NCBI GenBank assembly: GCA_029258825.1
Contig: JAPDKA010000003.1
Location: 2,065-66,064, forward strand
Source: an archaeon
GTDB lineage: Archaea > Nanobdellota > Nanobdellia > Pacearchaeales > JAPDKA01
Length of the DNA: 64,000 bases
Reading direction: 5' to 3'
Part shown: piece after piece, positions 17,271-26,069 of the stretch
How the letters are laid out: each line of letters opens with the position of its first letter
Position numbering within the stretch: position 1 is the first letter of the stretch
Translations under genes and position numbers: made by a program
Notes under the pieces: model-generated
Seen by the model: the letters and a program-made list of their open reading frames with translations, nothing else
What the model was told of the DNA's origin: nothing
Databases searched by the model: none

Positions 17271-18680
17271 ATGAGAAACATAATAAAAATAAAAAGCTAT
17301 TTCAAAAATTATTTCTTTGTAAGTATTTTGTTGTGTTTTGCTTTACTTGGTTTGCTTATCATTAGTGCTCAAACAACTCATGCATTGGAACTAAGCAAGA
17401 CATATCTGCAAAAAACAATAGTTGCTGAACTTTATAGTGTTCCTGTAAAGTTTAATTTAACCATAGTCAACGACGCTGGTGAAGATAAAATAAGGATATT
17501 TACGCTGCTTCCTATCTTGATGTTTCCAAATGAGGAAATAACTATTCCTGCCAATGCTGCAAAGACAATAGCTGTAACAGCTTATCTTAAAGAACGCAAG
17601 CCTGGAAAATTTACTTATAGCTATTATATCAAAAGTCAAAATGAAGGTCTAATCAAAGATAGTTTTACAGTAGAAATAGTGCCATTAGAAGAAGCATTAC
17701 AAATAATTCTGCCTGACTCGATTAGCGTTAACGACAAACAAGTTAACATCACAATAAAAAATAATAAAGCGATAAACTTTGGTAATATTACACTCTCTTG
17801 TCATGATTTACTTGAGTTTGACAAAACAATCACGCTTATGGCGAAAGAAGAAAAAACAATTCCAGTGAATGTAAGTCAAAACATACATAACGCATTAGCA
17901 GGGTTAAATGAAGTAAATATAGCACTAAACATTAATAATGAACAGATAACAATAAAAAAACTTGTTAATGTTGAAGCACACGAATCAATTGATGAAACAA
18001 CCCAAGAAATACAAAAATTTTTGCTTAGGAGAAAAATAATAACAAAAACAAATACAGGAAATAAAGAAGTTACAGCAACAATCGTAATGAAGTTCAAACC
18101 TATAGAGAGAGCATTCACAAGTTTCAACATTAAACCTGATAAAAGCTTGAGAGAAGGTAATTGGCAAATATTCAGTTGGCAAAAAACATTACAGCCTGGC
18201 GAGTCTTTTAGCGTTGTTGCCACAACAAATTATGCATGGATTTTTATTGTGTTGATTGTTATTGCAGGCATTGCTATTGCTTTAAGACAAACAAAAGAAA
18301 GAGAAGTTGAGATCATAAAAAAAGTGAAAAAGCTGAAAACAAAACAAGGATATTTTGCAATAAAAGTAGTTCTAAACATAAAAAACAGAAAAGACAAACT
18401 AACCGATGTAAGGCTTGTTGACGAATTGCCAGAAGTGATGCAAGTATATGAAAGCGATAAACTAGAAATAACATTGCCGCACGAACAAAAACAAGGAAGG
18501 CTCATATGGCATCTCGGTGAAATGGAAAAAGGAGAAGAAAGACTCATAGAATACATAGCTTATTCTAAAGTTAAGTTAATAGGAAAAATTGAATTGCCAC
18601 AAGCAATTTTAGAGTTTAAACTCAAAGGCAAGCCACACACAGTAAAAAGCGAAAAAGTCTATATCATTGAGGAAGAATAA
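17271..18680 (+). CDS. hypothetical secreted/membrane-anchored protein
   Basis: N-terminal signal/TM segment (FFVSILLCFALLGLLIISAQT) and a second TM near residue 320 (AWIFIVLIVIAGIAIAL). 469 aa. TATA-like aatatttaaaaat about 20 bp upstream. Confidence 0.6.
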   Translation: MRNIIKIKSYFKNYFFVSILLCFALLGLLIISAQTTHALELSKTYLQKTIVAELYSVPVKFNLTIVNDAGEDKIRIFTLLPILMFPNEEITIPANAAKTIAVTAYLKERKPGKFTYSYYIKSQNEGLIKDSFTVEIVPLEEALQIILPDSISVNDKQVNITIKNNKAINFGNITLSCHDLLEFDKTITLMAKEEKTIPVNVSQNIHNALAGLNEVNIALNINNEQITIKKLVNVEAHESIDETTQEIQKFLLRRKIITKTNTGNKEVTATIVMKFKPIERAFTSFNIKPDKSLREGNWQIFSWQKTLQPGESFSVVATTNYAWIFIVLIVIAGIAIALRQTKEREVEIIKKVKKLKTKQGYFAIKVVLNIKNRKDKLTDVRLVDELPEVMQVYESDKLEITLPHEQKQGRLIWHLGEMEKGEERLIEYIAYSKVKLIGKIELPQAILEFKLKGKPHTVKSEKVYIIEEE

Positions 18681-18713
18681 GCACAAATACAGAAATAATT
18701 CGATACAGCCAAT

Positions 18714-19046
18714 TTATATTTTAACAATATTCAAATTGAATTGCTCAAGCATAAACTCGAAATGTTTCTCTGTATGACCAAACTGGATTAAGGCAATCTT
18801 GCTATATTTTTGCTTTAGCATGTTTACTGCATTGAGTGCAAGATCGCAGAAACCATAACAAGTATTGAGCCAAATAAAGATAGCACATTTATGCTTTATT
18901 TTTTTATTTAGCTCATCAACGATGGAAGTCGCAAATTGCTTTATGCCGTCTGGCAATTGTAAAATAATGGCATCATAGCCATTCTTGCTTATTATAGCAG
19001 CGATTTTATCTATATCTAACTCAAAAGGTAATGTCGCTTTTGCCAT
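18714..19046 (-). CDS. dph2: diphthamide synthase Dph2-like N-terminal domain only (truncated; possible gene remnant)
   Basis: YDAIILQLPDGIKQ...HKCAIFIWLNTCYGFCDLA...IALIQFGHTEKHF matches the N-terminal domain of archaeal Dph2 (LIQSPEGL...NYGACD...ALIHLGH). The ORF is only 110 aa against about 340 aa for full Dph2. Confidence 0.55.
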   Translation of the reverse strand: MAKATLPFELDIDKIAAIISKNGYDAIILQLPDGIKQFATSIVDELNKKIKHKCAIFIWLNTCYGFCDLALNAVNMLKQKYSKIALIQFGHTEKHFEFMLEQFNLNIVKI

Positions 19047-19078
19047 ACAAACATAACTAAAAAAATATTTAAATAGCT

Positions 19079-19702
19079 TTGCATGTAATTATTTTAATGC
19101 CTAATCAAGTGCCTGAACAAAATGTTAATGAGCTTTACGGTGAGAGAGACCACATTATAAAAGTTCTTTCAAAAGTAAAAAAAGCATTAAAACAAAAAAA
19201 CATTATTGAGCTGAAAAACTTAAGCAACATGACAATACATTCAGCTTCTATTCATCAGCAAGAAGATTTTATAGCGTTAGCAGTAATCATATATAGCATA
19301 GCAAAAATTGTGGAAAGAACAAAATATATGGAGTATGAGCAATGGCCAGAATTTTATGTATCTGTAACAAGCTATCTTGATAATGCTATAAAAGCACTAA
19401 AACAAAAAAACATACAACAATTTAGGAAATCCTTAATTAACATAAGGCAACAAATCGAAATGCTTACAGGCAAGTTTGGCGAATACATAAGAGAGGTATT
19501 TAGAAAGGCAATGATAAACAAAGCAAGCAGGATATATGAGCATGGTATAAGCATGGAAAATACTGCAAAGTTGTTGGGTATAACTTTGTTTGAGCTTGCA
19601 GAATATGCAGGAAAAACAGGCATAAGCGATGTTGATTTAAGCATAACTAAAAGCTTAAATGAAAGGTTAAACATAGCCAAGCGCATTTTCGGAATTGAAT
19701 AA
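19079..19702 (+). CDS. hypothetical protein with putative C-terminal HTH
   Basis: GISMENTAKLLGITLFELAEYAGK resembles an HTH; otherwise no motif. Confidence 0.4.
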   Translation: MHVIILMPNQVPEQNVNELYGERDHIIKVLSKVKKALKQKNIIELKNLSNMTIHSASIHQQEDFIALAVIIYSIAKIVERTKYMEYEQWPEFYVSVTSYLDNAIKALKQKNIQQFRKSLINIRQQIEMLTGKFGEYIREVFRKAMINKASRIYEHGISMENTAKLLGITLFELAEYAGKTGISDVDLSITKSLNERLNIAKRIFGIE

Positions 19703-19727
19703 AATTAGGTAAATTAAGCAAAAAAGA

Positions 19728-20411
19728 ATGGATAAAATGGAAAACAACAGAATACTTATACTTGATTCGAGTAGCATTATTACATTAGCATTAACGAGTT
19801 TACTGTTTGTTCTTGAAAAATTAAAGCAAAAATTTAACGTGCGATTCGTGACAACACAATATGTGCTAAATGAATGTGTTAAAGTACCATTGAACATAAA
19901 ACGTTTCGAGCTTGAAGCATTGATGATAAAAAAACTAGTCGATGACGGTATAATTGAAATAATTAAGGTCGACAATAAAGATGTAAATGAAATAATGAAT
20001 AAAGCCAATACTGCATACAAAGCCAGAAATGATTATATAAAGCTTATTCATGCAGGTGAAGCTTCATGCATTGCACTATATAATAAATTACAAACACAAG
20101 AAAAAGCCATAGTTATAGATGAAAGAACTACACGTATGTTGTGTGAAAATCCAGAAAATCTTAGAAGATTGCTGGAGAGAAAATTGCATACATATGTCAG
20201 TATGGATAAAAATAAATTGAAACAATTTTCCGGCATTAATGTAATACGAAGCAGCGAAATCGTTTTTATTGCATTGAAGCAAAGTATAATAACAGAAGCT
20301 ATAAGTAAAACAAGCAATAAACAAGCAATTGATGCATTGCTTTATGCTTTAAAGTTTCATGGATGCGCGATAAGCAAACAAGAAATTAACGAAGCTAAAT
20401 CGATGGTGTAA
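19728..20411 (+). CDS. hypothetical protein, possible PIN-domain nuclease fold
   Basis: ILILDSSSII at the N-terminus, then TTQYVLNEC, then GEASCIALY...AIVIDERTT, matching the spacing of PIN acidic residues. Low confidence. Confidence 0.35.
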   Translation: MDKMENNRILILDSSSIITLALTSLLFVLEKLKQKFNVRFVTTQYVLNECVKVPLNIKRFELEALMIKKLVDDGIIEIIKVDNKDVNEIMNKANTAYKARNDYIKLIHAGEASCIALYNKLQTQEKAIVIDERTTRMLCENPENLRRLLERKLHTYVSMDKNKLKQFSGINVIRSSEIVFIALKQSIITEAISKTSNKQAIDALLYALKFHGCAISKQEINEAKSMV

Positions 20412-20480
20412 ATTTATGTTGTATTTCTTTCGTCTCTGTCTGGCATTAAATTTATAAATCCTAAAGATTGAATTAGGGAT

Positions 20481-21467
20481 ATGAAAAAGAAAAAAGAGGT
20501 AAAAACTCTTGAGGTTTGGACAGAAAAATATAGGCCAAAAGATTTTAGTGAGATTGTTGGGCAAGAAGAGATAGTAAAACGTGCAGAAGCATTTGTAAAA
20601 GAGCGTAATATGCCCCACTTATTGTTTGCAGGTCCTGCTGGCAGTGGTAAAACAACACTTGCTTTGGTTATAGTACAAAAGCTGTATGGGGATGCTTGGC
20701 GAGAGAACTATCTTGAGTTAAATGCAAGTGATGAGCGCGGCATTAATGTTATACGTGAGAAAGTTAAAGATTTTGCGAGAACAAAAGCGCTAAGTGATGT
20801 TCCGTTTAAAATCATTTTCCTTGATGAAGCAGATGCATTAACAAAAGAAGCACAACAAGCATTAAGAAGAACTATGGAAAATTTTACACGCACATGTAGA
20901 TTTATTTTAAGCTGCAATTACAGCAGCAAGATTATAGATCCAATACAGTCAAGATGTAGCATTTTTAGATTTAGAGCATTAACACTAGACGATATAGCGA
21001 AAGTGCTAAAACGTATTGCAAAGTCTGAGCATTTGAAAATTGACGATGCTGCGATAAAAGCGTTGTATGAGTTTAGCAATGGGGATTGTAGAAGGGCTAT
21101 AAACTTGCTTCAGGCAAGTGCTTCTGTTAGCAATCACATTACTGAAGCACTTGTATATAAAATAGTAGCACAGGCAAAACCTAAAGAAGTGCAAGAAATG
21201 ATACAGCTTGCGCTGAAAGGCGACTTCGCTAAAGCAAGAGAACTGCTACTTAACATGTTAACAAGAGAAGGTATTAGTGGTATTGATGTGATAAAAGCGA
21301 TACAGCGTGAGTGCTTAGCGCTAAATATAGACGATACAGCAAAACTGAAAATTATAGAGAAAGTTGGTGATGTTGAATTTAGGCTTGTTGAAGGTAGCGA
21401 CGAATTTATACAACTTCAAGCATTACTTGCATTTCTTGGCCTGTTTGGTTTGGAAATGAAAAAATGA
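20481..21467 (+). CDS. rfcS: replication factor C small subunit
   Basis: WTEKYRPKDFSEIVGQ, Walker A GPAGSGKTT, IIFLDEADALT, the SRC motif IDPIQSRC, 328 aa. Confidence 0.9.
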   Translation: MKKKKEVKTLEVWTEKYRPKDFSEIVGQEEIVKRAEAFVKERNMPHLLFAGPAGSGKTTLALVIVQKLYGDAWRENYLELNASDERGINVIREKVKDFARTKALSDVPFKIIFLDEADALTKEAQQALRRTMENFTRTCRFILSCNYSSKIIDPIQSRCSIFRFRALTLDDIAKVLKRIAKSEHLKIDDAAIKALYEFSNGDCRRAINLLQASASVSNHITEALVYKIVAQAKPKEVQEMIQLALKGDFAKARELLLNMLTREGISGIDVIKAIQRECLALNIDDTAKLKIIEKVGDVEFRLVEGSDEFIQLQALLAFLGLFGLEMKK

Positions 21468-22651
21468 AAAAGAAATTTCAAGCAATGTTAGAAAATTGGG
21501 CTGAAAAATACAGGCCAAGAAATCTTTCTGAGGTAATTAACCAGGAACAAGCAAAACTTAAGCTCAAACAATTCTTGATGCAGTGGCATTCAAAACAAAA
21601 GCCAAAGATAAAAGCTGTACTTATGTATGGTCCTGCTGGAACTGGAAAAACAGCATTAGCATATGCTTTAGCTGCTGAGTTTGATATGGAAGTGATAGAG
21701 CTAAATGCAAGCGACTTTAGAGATAAAAGAAGTATTGATGCAGTGATAGGAAATGCAATGCAACAGCAAAGTTTGTTTGCTAGAAAGAAATTAATCATTG
21801 TCGATGAAGTGGAAGGCATAAGTGGAAAAGAAGATAGAGGAGGCTTAGCTGAACTTAGTAAATTCATAGATAAAGCCACATGGCCGATCATATTGATAAG
21901 CAATAATCCTTTTGACAAACGATTGTTTGTGCTAAGGCAAAAATGTTTATTGCTAGAAATAAAAAAACTTGACTACAGAAGTATTATCAAAATACTACAA
22001 CGTATATGTAAGCATGAAAACATTAAAGCTAGTAGTGATGCATTAAAAAGAATTGCTGTAAATGCGAAAGGTGATGCGAGAGCTGCAATAAATGATTTGC
22101 AAGTTATTGCTGCTGGAAAAAATCAATTATCGCTTGATGATGTTAATGCTTATCTCGAACTTGCAACACGCGACAAAGAAGAAACAATATTCAATGCACT
22201 ACGTCTTGTTTTTAAATCACGTTATCCTGTGTATGATGCTTTTAATAATGTTGATGCCCAACTTGACGAAATACAATACTGGATTGATGAAAACATAACA
22301 AAAGAATATAAAGGCCTAACACTCATTAAGGCAATAGATGCTTTAAGTAAAGCGAATATCTTTCTTGCGCGTATTCAAAGATGGCAATACTGGCGTTTTA
22401 TTGTATATGCTAATATTTTTCTTACTGCTGGAATAACTCTAGCAAAATTTCATGATGGCAAAATACGGGAACAAGATTTAAGCAGAGGTTTTGTTGCTTA
22501 TTCCAGGCCTGTAAAGTTTCAAAAATTATGGGAAGCAAAACAGAATATCCAACATAATGAACTCATAGCAAAACTCGCATCAAAAATGCACTGCTCAAAA
22601 CGAAAAACAATTAACGAATGGCCTATTCTGAAGATTGCGCTTGGCAAGTAA
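21464..22651 (+). CDS. rfcL: replication factor C large subunit
   Basis: WAEKYRPRNLSEV, GPAGTGKTALAYALA, ELNASD, IIVDEVEG. Overlaps rfcS by 4 nt (ATGA). Confidence 0.85.
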   Translation: MKKKFQAMLENWAEKYRPRNLSEVINQEQAKLKLKQFLMQWHSKQKPKIKAVLMYGPAGTGKTALAYALAAEFDMEVIELNASDFRDKRSIDAVIGNAMQQQSLFARKKLIIVDEVEGISGKEDRGGLAELSKFIDKATWPIILISNNPFDKRLFVLRQKCLLLEIKKLDYRSIIKILQRICKHENIKASSDALKRIAVNAKGDARAAINDLQVIAAGKNQLSLDDVNAYLELATRDKEETIFNALRLVFKSRYPVYDAFNNVDAQLDEIQYWIDENITKEYKGLTLIKAIDALSKANIFLARIQRWQYWRFIVYANIFLTAGITLAKFHDGKIREQDLSRGFVAYSRPVKFQKLWEAKQNIQHNELIAKLASKMHCSKRKTINEWPILKIALGK

Positions 22652-22672
22652 CCTTTGATAGAGGCTGTTAGA

Positions 22673-23407
22673 TTAAACACACAACTCCAAAATCTTGCCG
22701 CGTTTGCCGACATTGATTACCTTTGTTTTGTAAACTTTTTCTTCTATACCTTCTGCTTCATGCGCATGACTGCATATGAGCAAATCTGGTTTGAATTCTT
22801 TTATTGCTTTTCTCACTGCAGCACTCGCCGGAACTTTACTAGTCAGTTTTTCCATTAACGTGCCTTTTGGATGCACATGAGTAACCATAAGCTTAAATTT
22901 TGCATCTTTCACTTTCTCAAAACCTTGCTTTAATAAATCAAATAGTTCATCTTCACTAACTATAAGCTTAGGACCGACACCTACAGCACCTCCAGCACCA
23001 AATATACCTATATCACCAATTCTAACAGCATAACCATGAATGTTCTTTGCCTTCGGCGCATACAAATCTGCCAAAAAATGTGCAGTAGCTACAGTCTCGT
23101 GATTGCCTGGAATAAGCAGCACTTCTATATTGCGTTTAACAAATGGCCCTATCAAGTAAGCTGTTGAACTTTCAGCCATTGTTATATCACCAGTCAAAAT
23201 TACAAGATCAACATGTTGTTTTTCTGCAAGCTCAGCGAGACGCTCAACTTGTTTTATATCTCCATGAATATCACCAATAGCCATAATTTTTATTTTTCTT
23301 TTTGTTTTTGCTTTTTGTTTCTCGCTTTTATCTTGCTTTTGTTTTTTGCTTACTTGGCCTTTGCCTTGCTTAGTAATTTTTGTTGATTTTGTTTTGGTTT
23401 TCTGCAT
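22673..23407 (-). CDS. calcineurin-like metallophosphoesterase with Lys-rich N-terminal tail
   Basis: Motifs IGDIHGD, LVILTGDIT, GNHE, and the N-terminal K-rich low-complexity tail. Confidence 0.65.
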   Translation of the reverse strand: MQKTKTKSTKITKQGKGQVSKKQKQDKSEKQKAKTKRKIKIMAIGDIHGDIKQVERLAELAEKQHVDLVILTGDITMAESSTAYLIGPFVKRNIEVLLIPGNHETVATAHFLADLYAPKAKNIHGYAVRIGDIGIFGAGGAVGVGPKLIVSEDELFDLLKQGFEKVKDAKFKLMVTHVHPKGTLMEKLTSKVPASAAVRKAIKEFKPDLLICSHAHEAEGIEEKVYKTKVINVGKRGKILELCV

Positions 23408-23412
23408 TTTGA

Positions 23413-24540
23413 CTAACGAGTTACTTTTAATTGTTCAAATTGTTGTTGCAATTTGACAATGCTTGGCTTAGCCAAATACTTTCTCGCCGGTTCGAGCAGT
23501 TTAATTAAATAATCAGCAAGGGCATTTTTTAGATCAAGAGGGTGCAACTTGCCCTGCCTAAAATCTTGTTCAAGATGGTCATAGCTATGATAACAAACAT
23601 CACCACCATACTTTTCTGGCCTGTGCACTTCAAGTATAGCTTGTTGGTTAAACACAAACTGTTTAGCCCATATCAAAACAGGATTATAGCATGTTTCCTT
23701 TTCTGGACAAAATGCTTTTCTAAGTTTTGTTTTTATTTGTTCTGGTGTGTCTGTAATAAAAATAGCACTCTGCGGTTTGCTCTTACTCATTTTCATCTCG
23801 CTAAGTACTTGTTTCAGTTCATTGCTTGTTATAGGCCATTTTGGTGGTTGCGTTAATCCAGGCACTAAAGGATGATGCACTGCTATAGGTTTGTATGGCT
23901 TATTATTATGCATTAATTTTGCATATTTCAATTTTAATGCTACTTCTCTTGCAATAACATGCGCTTTTCTTTGATCAATGCCTGCATGAGCAAGATTAAT
24001 GCCCTGAACGAAAATATCTGCTACCTGCATTGGTGGATACAACAATGTAGCAAAGTTAACGGCTTCGCCTTCTTTACGGCCAGCAATAGTAATAGCACGC
24101 ATTACCCTATGTAATGTTAAATGCTTGCATATATCAACAACAGTTAACCAATATTCATCATTTTTTTCATACAATTTAGAGCCCAAAACAAAATTAACTT
24201 TTGATTCATCAACATGAGCAACTTTCAATGATGCTATTAACATATGCTTAAAAAATTCTGCACCGATCTTATGTATTGTTTCAAGATCTCCACCAAGTTT
24301 GTTATTTATCCAACTGTGCCAATCTGCAAGAAAAATACTACAATGCACATTTGCTTTTAAAAAATCAGCAATCTTAAAAGCTGTCATTAAGCCACTGCCT
24401 ATATGCAGTTTTCCAGAAATCTCAAAGCCGATATAATGCTTTAACTTTACACCTGTCTCTAACATAACACGCAGATCATCAATTGTTAGCACTTCCTCTG
24501 TATTTCTTGTAATCAAATTAAGCTTCTCCACAGTATCCAT
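23413..24540 (-). CDS. tyrS: tyrosyl-tRNA synthetase (class I, archaeal type)
   Basis: HIGS (HIGH-like), GIDQRKAHVIAREV, KMSKS, and an AFCP tail, all resembling archaeal TyrRS. TrpRS is less likely. Confidence 0.75.
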   Translation of the reverse strand: MDTVEKLNLITRNTEEVLTIDDLRVMLETGVKLKHYIGFEISGKLHIGSGLMTAFKIADFLKANVHCSIFLADWHSWINNKLGGDLETIHKIGAEFFKHMLIASLKVAHVDESKVNFVLGSKLYEKNDEYWLTVVDICKHLTLHRVMRAITIAGRKEGEAVNFATLLYPPMQVADIFVQGINLAHAGIDQRKAHVIAREVALKLKYAKLMHNNKPYKPIAVHHPLVPGLTQPPKWPITSNELKQVLSEMKMSKSKPQSAIFITDTPEQIKTKLRKAFCPEKETCYNPVLIWAKQFVFNQQAILEVHRPEKYGGDVCYHSYDHLEQDFRQGKLHPLDLKNALADYLIKLLEPARKYLAKPSIVKLQQQFEQLKVTR

Positions 24541-24633
24541 ACAAGCATAAAAGACAATTCACTTTTAAACTTTTGGTTTTGTTTGCTCTAATCTACAACA
24601 GAGAAAAATCTAAAATGGTTAAACAAAGGTTTG

Positions 24634-25359
24634 TCAACCTATAGTTTCCCTAATTTTGAAAAATTGCAATATCTCATGCGCAATTATTTTAGAATCTTTT
24701 TTTGAATTGACATTTATCCCATGTGTATAGTGATCAAACCAGATAATTTTTTTGTTCTTGTTCGGAATTTTTTTGAAAATATAGAGAGCACTTTTTGGAT
24801 TAGTAATATCATCTTTTTTTGATTGAAAAATCAATGTTGGACAATTTATTTTTTTGAGCTCTTTTTTATTTCCATCTATTAGAGAATCTTTAATCTCAAG
24901 AATGTTTTTAATTGGCAAACCATGAAATATACCTTTGTTCTTTTTGTTGATTATTTTTAATATAATCTTTGCGGTAGAATAAGCAATAGATAAAATCTTG
25001 GATAAAAATATCGGGGTTCCTATCAAAATTAGTCCATCTACTTTATATTTTGAAGCAAGTTTTATCGAAATATTTCCTCCAAGACTTACACCGCCAACAT
25101 AAATTTTGTCACACTTTTTTCTAAACTTGAGAAACTCTTTTTCGGCATATCGTATCCATTTTTTTGTAGGAGTAGACCAAAAATCTTGGAAATAGGTTTC
25201 TCCATTTTTTCCTGTTCCATGCCCAGGAAGCAAGGGACAACAAGTTTTTATTCCATTTTTGTTAAGAAAAAAAGAGATTTTTTCCAGTTCTTTTGGAGTT
25301 TTCGTTATTCCGTGAATAAGAAACGCACCTATTTTTTCCATCTCAAAAAAGAAGTGCAC
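24634..25359 (-). CDS. alpha/beta-hydrolase fold esterase/lipase
   Basis: Nucleophile elbow GGVSLGG and a C-terminal HGI His. Confidence 0.6.
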   Translation of the reverse strand: MHFFFEMEKIGAFLIHGITKTPKELEKISFFLNKNGIKTCCPLLPGHGTGKNGETYFQDFWSTPTKKWIRYAEKEFLKFRKKCDKIYVGGVSLGGNISIKLASKYKVDGLILIGTPIFLSKILSIAYSTAKIILKIINKKNKGIFHGLPIKNILEIKDSLIDGNKKELKKINCPTLIFQSKKDDITNPKSALYIFKKIPNKNKKIIWFDHYTHGINVNSKKDSKIIAHEILQFFKIRETIG

Positions 25360-25450
25360 TAATTTTTAAATTTTTCTTTTTCGCCATGGTTCAAAAAGCC
25401 ATAAAACTATAATAAAAAACTTTTTAAATGCATAAAGCAGAGAAACAAAC

Positions 25451-26020
25451 ATGGCAAAAGGGCTATATGGCTTTTTACAGCAGTTGTGGAAGAAACCAGA
25501 AACAGTTCCTGATTACAAACAAAAATTAATGTTATGGCGAAAGCAAGCTGCAATCGTCAGAGTTGAAAAACCAACAAGGCTCGATAAAGCAAGAAGATTG
25601 GGCTATAAAGCTAAGCGTGGCTTTGTTGTTGTTCGTGTTCGTGTTAAGCGTGGCGGTCATAAAAGGCCAAGACCAAGAAAAGGTAGAAAAGTGAAAAACT
25701 TAACTATTAATAAAAACCTAAAGATGAACTACAGGTGGATTGCTGAACAAAGAGCTGCAAGAGCTTACCGCAATCTTGAAGTGCTAAATAGTTATTGGGT
25801 TGGAAAAGATGGTCAGTATTATTATTATGAAGTTATTCTTGTTGATCCAAATATGCCTGAAATAAAAGCAGATAAGGACATATCATGGATAATAAATAAT
25901 CGTGGCCGGGCCTTTCGTGGTTTGACATCTGCAGCAAGAAAAGCAAGAGGATTGCGAGTTGGAAAGAGAGCAAGCAAAGTAAGACCAAGTTTAAGAGCTA
26001 AAGGTAACAGAGGTAAGTAA
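25451..26020 (+). CDS. rpl15e: 50S ribosomal protein L15e
   Basis: LGYKAKRGFVVVRVRVKRGG and the basic composition are characteristic of L15e. Confidence 0.85.
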   Translation: MAKGLYGFLQQLWKKPETVPDYKQKLMLWRKQAAIVRVEKPTRLDKARRLGYKAKRGFVVVRVRVKRGGHKRPRPRKGRKVKNLTINKNLKMNYRWIAEQRAARAYRNLEVLNSYWVGKDGQYYYYEVILVDPNMPEIKADKDISWIINNRGRAFRGLTSAARKARGLRVGKRASKVRPSLRAKGNRGK

Positions 26021-26069
26021 TCGGTTATTCTTTCAACATTTTTTACGCAATATTGGTTAGTGTCAGCAA

